A stretch of 64,000 nucleotides of DNA. Origin: Pseudobdellovibrionaceae bacterium. GTDB lineage: Bacteria; Bdellovibrionota; Bdellovibrionia; Bdellovibrionales; Bdellovibrionaceae. The position numbers were made by a program, and so were the translations under genes. The notes under the pieces were generated by a model. That model had not been told where the DNA came from, made no database searches, and saw only the letters and a list, made by a program, of their open reading frames with translations. Shown here one piece after another: positions 19,074 to 27,479 of this stretch; the stretch's first letter is position 1; each line of letters starts with the position of its first letter. The stretch lies in assembly GCA_039810425.1 (NCBI GenBank), contig JBDHWW010000016.1, forward strand, positions 1 to 64,000, read 5' to 3'.

Positions 19074-19102
19074 AAATTGAATGCAAAATTGAATGCAAAA
19101 TT
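19074..19102. repeat. 12-bp tandem direct repeat upstream of the PepSY operon
   Basis: AAATTGAATGCA x2 plus partial AAATT. Confidence 0.8.
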
Positions 19103-19135
19103 CAGAGAAGAGGGTAAAGCCTACGCCTCTTCTCT
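19098..19135 (-). terminator. Probable terminator of the 19175-19657 gene
   Basis: AGAGAAGAGG / CCTCTTCTCT 10-bp inverted repeat (19104-19135); short T-run follows on the minus strand. Confidence 0.55.
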
Positions 19136-19174
19136 AAACAGTTCTATCACGGTTTTGTCTCAAGGTTACCGTGA

Positions 19175-19657
19175 CTAGGGTTGCGGAGCGGGCGCCGACC
19201 CAGGGTCTTTATCAAAGTGCATAATAAGCGCATCGCCTGCGGGGCAAGACATGGTGGCTTTGTCACCGGCGGTCACAGTGACAGCTTCCGTGTCGCTCAA
19301 GTACGCGTAGAAGATCGACATGGTTTCAATCATGGGAGCCGGAGCGGTGTCTTTGCAGCTTTGGCTGGTCGCCGTAGTATAGTCGACTTTCATGCCATCC
19401 GCGGCATAAACACCATTCACGGTTGTTTCGCAGCCGGCGATATTTGTGACATAGCTGAATGTGTGGTCGGCGTTGTTTTCAACTTTCACCGTGTCAGTGC
19501 CGATTTTTACGCCATCATTGATAGGCGCATTGCTCGTGCAAGCACGCGATGTCAAATTCCAGTGGCCGACAAGTGTTGGTTGCGGAGCGGGTGCTGAGTC
19601 CGCAGCCAAGGCATAAGATGCCGCGAGCACGATCGTTGATACTAAAATCTTTTTCAT
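19175..19657 (-). CDS. Secreted hypothetical protein (possibly lipocalin-like beta-barrel)
   Basis: Signal peptide, LVGHW motif, four Cys; GGAGGT RBS. Confidence 0.7.
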   Translation of the reverse strand: MKKILVSTIVLAASYALAADSAPAPQPTLVGHWNLTSRACTSNAPINDGVKIGTDTVKVENNADHTFSYVTNIAGCETTVNGVYAADGMKVDYTTATSQSCKDTAPAPMIETMSIFYAYLSDTEAVTVTAGDKATMSCPAGDALIMHFDKDPGSAPAPQP

Positions 19658-19756
19658 AGAACCTCCTTGTAGTTGGAGCTTATTATCAGCACGCGGCCTA
19701 TGAAAAAATCAAAAGACGTTTTAACGATGAAAGTTTGACAAAGCAGTCACCGGACA

Positions 19757-20116
19757 TCAATTGACACGGTCAAAGTAAACTCGGTTCATACAGTGAGGGC
19801 AGGTATTGCGCAGGGGCCACTGGCCAGCGGCCTTTGCAAACTGCACCGCCTGCTTGCACTCCGGGCAAGATAATTCGCACGCTTCGAGAACAACCTCTTC
19901 GTTGTACGTTTTTCTTGCGATGAACGGGGCTATGAGAAAAAACAGCGGCACTAAAACAAAGTGCAAAACTGGAATTAAAATCGACACGAGGGAAAGTCCC
20001 CAAAAAGCGAAAAGGCGGCTCAAAGCTCTTTTGGTCCGCTCTTGCTTCAAAAAAACGTGTCCGTCGAGTTCATGAACGCTGGCATTGTCCCGCTGGGAAA
20101 AGACGTTGATTTTCAT
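19757..20116 (-). CDS. Small membrane protein with C-terminal Zn-ribbon
   Basis: Hydrophobic hairpin IPVLHFVLVP; CPEC...CPHC. Confidence 0.7.
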   Translation of the reverse strand: MKINVFSQRDNASVHELDGHVFLKQERTKRALSRLFAFWGLSLVSILIPVLHFVLVPLFFLIAPFIARKTYNEEVVLEACELSCPECKQAVQFAKAAGQWPLRNTCPHCMNRVYFDRVN

Positions 20117-20244
20117 AAGCCCATTCAAGACCCGCGTGTGTCGGAGCGCAAGGTTTTTTTATCTCATGTGACGAAGAAAGGAAGGGGACTTCATTTCTTC
20201 GCCGTTTAAAACCCTGGCATACTGGCGGCGCACGGGAGGGGGCT

Positions 20245-20757
20245 ATGACAATAAAGCAAAAGTTTGTGTTGGTAGGTTGTGTATTCGGTCTTGTGGCTTG
20301 TGGCAGTTCTAAGAGTGGTTTTGATCCGGGACCCACGCCTCATCTTGGCAGGCGACAAAAGCCCGTGTCAGACAAGGACACTCTGACTCTTAAAACAGAG
20401 AGTTTGAAGCTCACACACATTACACAAGTATGGCAACTCAATGCGCTCAATCAAGAAAAGGGCACAGAGAAATACTTGCGAGTGCAAAAAACTTTTCCGT
20501 TTCCGATTCAATTTAACGGCTGGGTGACGCTGGACAATGTTACTCACACGACCGGTGGTTGTGAAAACAGGGGCACTGGAGAGGATCCGGTATTCGCGCT
20601 GGAAGATGACCACAATGGTTATGTGGTTTTGAAACCGGGGGACCGCATTCCCGTCGGCTTAGAAAAGCTCTACGACCTTGTTGTGGAATTCCCGAATCAA
20701 GGGCTCTGCCAAAGCGTGGATATTCAGTTCGGTGTCCTTTACGGCACCAACGACTGA
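20245..20757 (+). CDS. Hypothetical lipoprotein
   Basis: Lipobox LVAC; GGGAGG RBS; 3' end overlaps tdk convergently. Confidence 0.7.
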   Translation: MTIKQKFVLVGCVFGLVACGSSKSGFDPGPTPHLGRRQKPVSDKDTLTLKTESLKLTHITQVWQLNALNQEKGTEKYLRVQKTFPFPIQFNGWVTLDNVTHTTGGCENRGTGEDPVFALEDDHNGYVVLKPGDRIPVGLEKLYDLVVEFPNQGLCQSVDIQFGVLYGTND

Positions 20758-21347
20758 GAAATAGCCTGAGCTAAAATAAAAGGCCGATCGACTTCAGGTT
20801 TGAAGTGCTCGCGGCAACGGGCTTCGTAAGCATCATGGGCACCAACCTGAACTCGGTCATCGCCACCGGCGATACGCTGGGTGCGGCTGGCGTTGTTGCC
20901 ACAGACCACGCAGACGGCGTGCTGTTTGCTGACGTTTTCAGCAACGGCCATCAAAGTCGGCATCGGGCCAAAGGGTTTAGCCTGCCAATCCGTATCAAGG
21001 CCCGCAATAATGACGCGAAGGCCGCGGTTCGCCAAATCCTGGGTCACTTGTACAAGGCCGTCGTCAAAAAATTGGCCTTCATCAATGCCAACGATTTTGG
21101 TTTCAGGCTTGAGAAGTTCCCAAATATCATCCGCCACTTGAATCGGCGTAGAGTGGATCGAGGTCTTATTGTGAGAGGTTACATCCGTCATGCTGTAACG
21201 GTCATCGATGACTGGTTTAAAGACTTGGATCGGCTGACGAGCGAATTCCGCGCGCCGCAAACGACGGATCAATTCCTCCGTTTTGCCACTGAACATCGAG
21301 CCAACGATCACTTCAATCCAACCACGTGCCTGATTATTTTCCGACAT
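20739..21347 (-). CDS. tdk: Thymidine kinase
   Basis: GSMFSGKTEELIRR, IDEGQFF, CVVC and YEARCREHF Zn motif. Confidence 0.97.
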   Translation of the reverse strand: MSENNQARGWIEVIVGSMFSGKTEELIRRLRRAEFARQPIQVFKPVIDDRYSMTDVTSHNKTSIHSTPIQVADDIWELLKPETKIVGIDEGQFFDDGLVQVTQDLANRGLRVIIAGLDTDWQAKPFGPMPTLMAVAENVSKQHAVCVVCGNNASRTQRIAGGDDRVQVGAHDAYEARCREHFKPEVDRPFILAQAISQSLVP

Positions 21348-21447
21348 GAATCCCCCTCAGAACCTAGGAACCTTAACCATGGTTCTTGCGCTTCGCAAGA
21401 CTTTCACATAAAATAAACCTAATTGCTTAAAAAGAGGGCTACACAAT

Positions 21448-21594
21448 ATGGCACACGAAGTAAAACACACGGATTTAAAACAAGCAGAAGAAGAAAAAAG
21501 AGTCGCAAAGGAAATGATGCCATTTTTAATCTATGCGGCGGTCCCGGTTTTGATCATTGTATGCATCGCTTTGAAGTGGGGCCCTTCTTACTAG
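21448..21594 (+). CDS. Small (48 aa) single-TM protein, not in ORF track
   Basis: MAHEVKHTDLKQAEEEKRVAKEMMPFLIYAAVPVLIIVCIALKWGPSY; AAGAGG RBS; fills the gap before the MFS gene. Confidence 0.6.
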   Translation: MAHEVKHTDLKQAEEEKRVAKEMMPFLIYAAVPVLIIVCIALKWGPSY

Positions 21595-21617
21595 AAATGA
21601 GATTTGGAAAATAGGGA

Positions 21618-22832
21618 ATGGAGGGAGGTGTGGCGGCTTCAGTTTGGTCTCCCTTTCGTTATGGTTCTTATCGGATTTTTTGGTTCTGCGCATTCCTTTC
21701 AAATTTAGGAACTTGGGTGCAAGACGTGGCCGCAAGCTGGCTTATGACCCATATCTCAAGTTCTCCTTTAACAGTTTCGCTTCTGTCTTTTTCCAATAGT
21801 TTGCCGGTGGTACTGCTGTCGATTCCTGCGGGGTTTTGGGCGGATAGTGGTGATCGCCGCAAGATTTTGCTGCTAGCTCAGGCGGTGATGCTGATATCAG
21901 CCACTTTGCTGGGGGTCCAGGCCGCTCAAGGAACACTCTCGGAAACGACCATCCTTGCCCTCTGTTTTGTGATGGGGATCGGCGTTGCTTTGAACGGCCC
22001 GGCTTATCAAACGGTGCTATCCGAGCTCGTGCCGGTGGAGCAGCAGCAGGATGCCGTTTTGATTTACTACATGGGGCTCAATATCACGCGCGTGTTAGGT
22101 CCCGCATTGGGCGGTTTCATTCTTGGGTTTGCGGGGGCAAGTCAGGCATTTTTTGTCAACGCGGTTTCTTTTTTGGGTTTGATCATCTACTATTGGCGCT
22201 GGCCGATCGGTAAAGAGGCCGCCGGAGAGCCGATCAAAGCGGCGGAGTATTTGCAGCGCGTTTCCGCCAAAGACTTTAAAGTTATTTTCTCTTATCACAA
22301 TCTGATTCTGTGGCTGGAGATTCTCGCGGTGAGTTTTTCAGCCTCAGCACTTTGGGCTTTGTATCCTGTTCGCGGGCGCTTAGAGCTGCATCTTGAATCT
22401 TTACGTTATGGATCTTTACTGGGCTGTTTGGGTTTTGGCGCGTTTTTAAGCGCGGTGTTTTCAAAGCACGTGATGAATCCGCAGCGTAACTGGCAGTCGT
22501 TGAGTTTTGCGTATTTGGTCTTTGCGGCCGGGGAGTGTGTCCTTGCGTTGGCGGATGGGTATCTGTTGGCCTGTTTCGCCATGATGCTCGGAGGGGTTGG
22601 CTGGATCATCCTTGCGACGTTGATGAACATGAGTTCACGGCAGATCGTCACGGCTTCGAATCTGAAGGCCACCATGCTTGGTGTATTTTTGTCGGTGTTC
22701 TATTTCGGCATGTCGCTCGGAAGTGTGACTTGGGGGACTGTGGCGAAGTTAACGACGACGACAACGGCATTGTTGGTTTCCTCCGGTTTTTTGTTTTTGT
22801 GCTCTGTCTCTAAGCTTCTGCGTAAGAAATAG
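21618..22832 (+). CDS. MFS transporter (MFS_3/H+ antiporter-like)
   Basis: FLSNLGTWVQDVAASWLM, G.WAD..DRRK motif A, GPALGG. Confidence 0.9.
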   Translation: MEGGVAASVWSPFRYGSYRIFWFCAFLSNLGTWVQDVAASWLMTHISSSPLTVSLLSFSNSLPVVLLSIPAGFWADSGDRRKILLLAQAVMLISATLLGVQAAQGTLSETTILALCFVMGIGVALNGPAYQTVLSELVPVEQQQDAVLIYYMGLNITRVLGPALGGFILGFAGASQAFFVNAVSFLGLIIYYWRWPIGKEAAGEPIKAAEYLQRVSAKDFKVIFSYHNLILWLEILAVSFSASALWALYPVRGRLELHLESLRYGSLLGCLGFGAFLSAVFSKHVMNPQRNWQSLSFAYLVFAAGECVLALADGYLLACFAMMLGGVGWIILATLMNMSSRQIVTASNLKATMLGVFLSVFYFGMSLGSVTWGTVAKLTTTTTALLVSSGFLFLCSVSKLLRKK

Positions 22833-22902
22833 ACAAGGTCCATTGCCAAAAGTCTGAAAGCCTGGCCTAATAGTGAAAGAATCCACATGTCAGGAGGAAG
22901 CT

Positions 22903-23196
22903 ATGAAAATCCAAATCTTGTCTTTTGCGATGGCGATTGCTCTTTTGGGCGCGGGTTGCAGTTCACAACCGAAAGAAGTGACTTCAGAGCCCACTCCGGC
23001 AGCGACGGAACCGGCGGCGGTTCCGGCTCCGGTGCCAGCGGCAGATTCCGCGCAATCTGATTTACAAGCTTGCATAGGCAAAGGTGCCAGAGATGCCTGT
23101 AGCTACAGTGTTGATAAAACAGAGGTGAAAGGCACATGTGTTCGATCCGCGGATTACAGCCTGCACTGTCTGCCGAAGAAACCTAAGAAGAAATAG
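22903..23196 (+). CDS. Small Cys-containing lipoprotein
   Basis: Lipobox GAGC, Pro/Ala linker, four-Cys domain; AGGAGG RBS. Confidence 0.75.
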   Translation: MKIQILSFAMAIALLGAGCSSQPKEVTSEPTPAATEPAAVPAPVPAADSAQSDLQACIGKGARDACSYSVDKTEVKGTCVRSADYSLHCLPKKPKKK

Positions 23197-23213
23197 GTTG
23201 CCCTTTTAAGCAT

Positions 23214-23618
23214 ATGAGTGATTTTAGAGAAACCGCCCCGTTGGAAATTAAAAAGGCTCTCTTGGTTTTATCGGTGACCCTTGGAGTGATACTCTTAAGG
23301 GAAGTGATTGATATTTTGTATCTGCCGAAGGAAGTCACAGTGATCGGCGAAATGACTTTGCGGATTTCAAACCTGGCGATTTCGTTATTCGCGCTTGCGG
23401 CCACCATCGTTTTTTTGCACATGCGTATTTATTGGTCCCGGTACCTTTTGGCGGCGTTCTTTTTCTTTGGTCTGCCCAGTGCAATCAAGGCGTTCTTCAT
23501 GGATATTCACAGGCCAAAGGTCTTGATAATTCTTGATCTTGTGCAAATTTCCGCCGAAGGCTATGCGACCTATTTGATCTTCCTGACAAAAGCGGCGCGT
23601 GAGTGGTTCGAAAAATGA
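23214..23618 (+). CDS. Hypothetical 4-TM membrane protein
   Basis: Four hydrophobic segments; C-terminal REWF. Confidence 0.7.
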   Translation: MSDFRETAPLEIKKALLVLSVTLGVILLREVIDILYLPKEVTVIGEMTLRISNLAISLFALAATIVFLHMRIYWSRYLLAAFFFFGLPSAIKAFFMDIHRPKVLIILDLVQISAEGYATYLIFLTKAAREWFEK

Positions 23619-23645
23619 TTTTTATGGTCAGTTTCCGTCAGCGGT

Positions 23646-24365
23646 CTATTTTGCGAGTGCAGACTCCGCACGGTTCAGATCCTGCTGGGTTACCACGTTC
23701 TTCCAGATTTTCTGCGAGACAGGGCCAGGCAGGGACTGTTGCATTTCACGGGCGCGGTCAGGTTCTAGTGAGGACCACTGATACAAAACTTCGGCTTTAA
23801 CTCCGGCTAAGTTTTGGCGCTGATCCTGAGAAAGCTGATTGTTCTCAATTGTGGCATCGGCGATAACGTCTGTGAAAACGCGCCGGGCGGTTTCGGCATC
23901 GCCGGACTTAATCGCCTCAAGCAAAAGGTCCACAGCCACATTTTGCTGGGCCTCAAGATCCTGGTACGGGGCAGGGTATTTAAAGAGATTTTTTAAATTC
24001 TCCAAAAGCGCACGGTCTTGAATAAATTGTTTGCGCTGCTCTTTTTCTTCTTCAGTGAGAAACACTTTCTGTTTTAAAGTCTTGAACGAGGCAAGCTCCG
24101 TCTTGTTTTCAAACGGTTGGCCCTCGTTCCGTGTCACTTCAAGCGGATTCGTAGTGGCCGCCGCCGCTCCTTTCGCGGACTCACCAGCCTCGCCCTCGGC
24201 CGTTTTGATCGCGCCACGGTTTTCCGTCGGCACGGGTGAGATCGGAAGTCCGGGGGCAGAAGTGGAAGCAGGGGCCCTGAATAGCAGAGCCCCTCCCGTA
24301 GCCAATCCTAAGATGAGGAAAGCACCTCCCATATAGAGGTGCCTTTTATCTAATGGCCATTTCAT
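23646..24365 (-). CDS. Hypothetical membrane-anchored helical protein, partner of the Hint lipoprotein
   Basis: N-terminal TM, Ala/Pro linker, helical region; start overlaps the upstream stop (ATGA). Confidence 0.75.
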   Translation of the reverse strand: MKWPLDKRHLYMGGAFLILGLATGGALLFRAPASTSAPGLPISPVPTENRGAIKTAEGEAGESAKGAAAATTNPLEVTRNEGQPFENKTELASFKTLKQKVFLTEEEKEQRKQFIQDRALLENLKNLFKYPAPYQDLEAQQNVAVDLLLEAIKSGDAETARRVFTDVIADATIENNQLSQDQRQNLAGVKAEVLYQWSSLEPDRAREMQQSLPGPVSQKIWKNVVTQQDLNRAESALAK

Positions 24366-26989
24366 TTGTTAAAGATCCCTTGAGTCAGTTTGTTCTTAAA
24401 GAGCGTGCGGTTCATGTTCCCAGCGCCCTCGTTCTGGAAGAACGCCGTTCCATTCAAATAACCGTTAGTGATAACGATATTTTTCTGGATTTCTGCGGAT
24501 TTCACAAAGAGGTTATAAACCTTTCCGTAGTGCTTCACATGCTCCAAGGACACGATGGCATCCAAATGGCCACCGAGTTCGACCAGACTGTCGCCGACGG
24601 CAAATTCGCCCGCCAACTTCATCATGCCGTTTGAAGCCACCACAGGATGGTTTGGCGTCAATTTAATGCTACGGCCTGATTTCATTGTAAAGACAATGAT
24701 GTCGTGTTCGCCGTCGATCAACTCAGTCACCCATTGGTCCACCGGAGTTTTTTCAACAGCTTTGCCGTTCATTGAGTTTGTGTTCTTCAAAGTCACCACC
24801 TGGCTGTATTTCTGGGTCAAAGCCTCAATGAAGGTGACATACTTGCCTGGGCCTTGGGTTTTCACATCGGCAATAATTTGCTGCTCTGGAGTTGCGCAAG
24901 AAGACAAGCAAACCGCGGCGATGTAGACCGTCGAAGGAACGTCGCAAGAACCGCTGGCTTTCTTCGGTGCGATCCAAACTTTTTCAGGTTTTGTCGCCCG
25001 GTTCATGAAAGTCGGGTAGAGCTTGCGAGTGCTTGTGTCGATGGTGTTATTGCCAGCTTTCACATGATCAAACTTTTCGAGGAACTCTTTGATTACAGGA
25101 ACTTGGTCTTGGCACTTCACCATCCACTCATAGCGGCCATTTGCTTCGCTGTTGCTTAAGCTGTCTTGTGAACAACGGTAAGCGACGTAATCACGGCAAT
25201 AGCTTTGGGAAACCCAGGCAGTGTAAGTCGTTTCATCTTTTTCCAGTTGGACGCTGTGATCAATACACGCATAAGTTTTCGTGTTCGTCACATCGCGAGA
25301 CTGAACGATGACTCCGATTTGGTTTGCAGGGCATTTGTTGGAGCTATTGGCTTCTTCGCTTGAAGTGGAAACTTCTTGGCGGCGGACGGCCGCAGGGTTG
25401 CCATCGCAAACGCGTTCTTCGGCCGGAGCCGCGATTTTACAGCGATCGTTGGCAACAACCTGACCGCTGTCGTCCTTACAAACATAGATACGGGACTGCT
25501 TGCCGCCGCAATCGGCAGAGCAAGTCGACCAGTTCTCTGTCGCTTGATAAGAGTACACGGGGCAAGAACCTGGGGTTTTCACAGTGCCTTGGCGAGTGTT
25601 GGTTTGGCTTATTTGCCCGTTATTGCAAACCAGGTCTGAAATTTGATTATAAACACTGAAGTGACCGGTTTCACCAAATTCGCAAGTCAATGCGACACTG
25701 ACTTCACCAGTGACAACGCTCGACTGAGTGGAGCCGTTGACGATTTGCGAGCCGTCCGGCAAATTGCAAGACTGACCTTGGCAAGAGCCTTCACTGAGAA
25801 GGTCTTTTGACGTTGAAGCCTTTACCCAGTCAAGGTGCTCGCCCACAAAGCGGCATTCTTCAACCACAGTATCACGGTAAGAGACCACTTTCGTGCCGTT
25901 CAAACCGCAAGCCACAGTTTCAGAATAGATTTCACCTTTTGTTTCACGTTGCTGGCCCATCGCTGGGCACTTATTCAAGTCCGGTGTCGGGCTTGGTGCT
26001 GGGGTGGGTGTTGGCTCTGGATCCGCCGGCAAGTTGCTCACCGCAATATCATGAGTGAGTGTCACCCATGGCGTGCTGGCATCGTCACCAATATAGATTT
26101 GCACCGTTACTTGGTAGTCGCCGGCGCTGCCATATGTGTGTGTGACGCTTTGGTTTGAAGAGCTTGAACCGTCGCCCAAGTCCCAAGTGACCGCCGTAAT
26201 TTTATCACTTAAGCAAGTTGGAATATAAAGAGACATTGCCACCGGTGCATTCGCGTTCGCCTCTGTCGGGCCCGAGATTGCAAGGTCGGAAACACACTCA
26301 AGACCATCTTGAATATTTACGATCGTTACTTTTTGCGTGAGGGTGCTCATGTTCTGATTGCCATCCACGATGGCGACAGAAATCTGATAGGCGCCAGGGC
26401 GGCCATAGGTGTGAGCCATTGGGCCGGTGCCACTTTGAATAGCGGAACCGTCATCGAAATTCCAGGCCGCAGAAGCAAGGCTCATGCCGCTTGGAAGCGC
26501 GATTTGGTATTTAACAGCGCTGCCGACCATGCCCAAGTCCGGGCCGGAGATCGCAGCTTGGTTGGCAACCACGATGGTTTTCATGGAAATATCCGTCGTG
26601 GAGGTCGTCGCGAGTTTCCCCGAAAAAGCGCTGCTCATAGAGGATTCTACTTGAGCGACGACGACGTATTCGCCGGCTTTTTTATAGGAAGCAGTCAAGG
26701 CTGCACCTGAATTCACAGCGGCGCTGCCAACGGTTTTCCAGTTCAGTTTCTGAGAGCTGGAACAGCCAAGGTCTTCGTTGAGTCTATAAACAACGGATTG
26801 ACCTTTTGCTGCCACCTCAGAACCTTGGATAGCCAAGGAAGAGGTATCTATTGCGGCATCTGTTTGACAAGTGATGCCTAAACCTTCTGTCGAGACTGCT
26901 TCGTTCCCACTGCCGACTGACAACTTTTGACAACCTACGTGCAATATTGAAAGTGTCACCGCAATGAAAACCAGTTTTGGGGTGTTCAT
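24362..26989 (-). CDS. Large lipoprotein with PKD domains, Cys-rich repeats, TSP1 repeat and C-terminal Hint domain
   Basis: Lipobox HVGC; PKD WNFDDG..HTY and WDLGDG..HTY; TSP1 WSTCSADCGG.QSR...C; Hint C-ATPEQQI...LTPNHP...VYNLFV...NGYL. Confidence 0.82.
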   Translation of the reverse strand: MNTPKLVFIAVTLSILHVGCQKLSVGSGNEAVSTEGLGITCQTDAAIDTSSLAIQGSEVAAKGQSVVYRLNEDLGCSSSQKLNWKTVGSAAVNSGAALTASYKKAGEYVVVAQVESSMSSAFSGKLATTSTTDISMKTIVVANQAAISGPDLGMVGSAVKYQIALPSGMSLASAAWNFDDGSAIQSGTGPMAHTYGRPGAYQISVAIVDGNQNMSTLTQKVTIVNIQDGLECVSDLAISGPTEANANAPVAMSLYIPTCLSDKITAVTWDLGDGSSSSNQSVTHTYGSAGDYQVTVQIYIGDDASTPWVTLTHDIAVSNLPADPEPTPTPAPSPTPDLNKCPAMGQQRETKGEIYSETVACGLNGTKVVSYRDTVVEECRFVGEHLDWVKASTSKDLLSEGSCQGQSCNLPDGSQIVNGSTQSSVVTGEVSVALTCEFGETGHFSVYNQISDLVCNNGQISQTNTRQGTVKTPGSCPVYSYQATENWSTCSADCGGKQSRIYVCKDDSGQVVANDRCKIAAPAEERVCDGNPAAVRRQEVSTSSEEANSSNKCPANQIGVIVQSRDVTNTKTYACIDHSVQLEKDETTYTAWVSQSYCRDYVAYRCSQDSLSNSEANGRYEWMVKCQDQVPVIKEFLEKFDHVKAGNNTIDTSTRKLYPTFMNRATKPEKVWIAPKKASGSCDVPSTVYIAAVCLSSCATPEQQIIADVKTQGPGKYVTFIEALTQKYSQVVTLKNTNSMNGKAVEKTPVDQWVTELIDGEHDIIVFTMKSGRSIKLTPNHPVVASNGMMKLAGEFAVGDSLVELGGHLDAIVSLEHVKHYGKVYNLFVKSAEIQKNIVITNGYLNGTAFFQNEGAGNMNRTLFKNKLTQGIFNK

Positions 26990-27479
26990 GGGTGCTCCTT
27001 GTGTTACGTCCTTCTAACGAACATGACATCATCATCTCAGAACTTTGGAAACACTTTCAAGAATCTTCATGTGAACGCGCCATCTTGGGTTGTTGACACT
27101 TGGGAAAGGACTGAAAGCTCGACAAAAAAATCCAAAATCAGCAAGTTTAAAATTTTTTGTCAAACCCGTCGACGCTAAGTCCTCCCGGATAAAAGGAAGC
27201 GGCCCATGTCAATCAGGTTCACTAAAGACTTCATTGAGGGGGTAGTACTGTCTTATTTTTGGGCAGTATCTCAGAGGAGCACACTTCCTGCTAAAATCCT
27301 GGCGTGGTCCTGCGAAGCCACGAAAAAGGCCTCACAGAAAGAAAATAGGCTCTTTATAGCTTTCCTGTTGACGCAGAGGTCCTCTCGTTTTAAGACTATC
27401 GGATGCGTATTTCGCTTAAGAAATCATTAGCAACCTCACATACTTCGGTCGCAATCATGGTGACCAAAACCCTTTCATA

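Noticed and set aside
27159..27205. c-di-GMP-I riboswitch-like words (CAAACCC..GACGC.AAG)
   Set aside because: No GAAA-capped P2 stem or P1 pairing; likely coincidence.
27400..27414. tRNA-Thr anticodon mimic (CGGA-TGCGTAT-TTCG) in the thrS leader
   Set aside because: Only a 4-bp stem, overlapping the likely transcription start; not distinguishable from chance.
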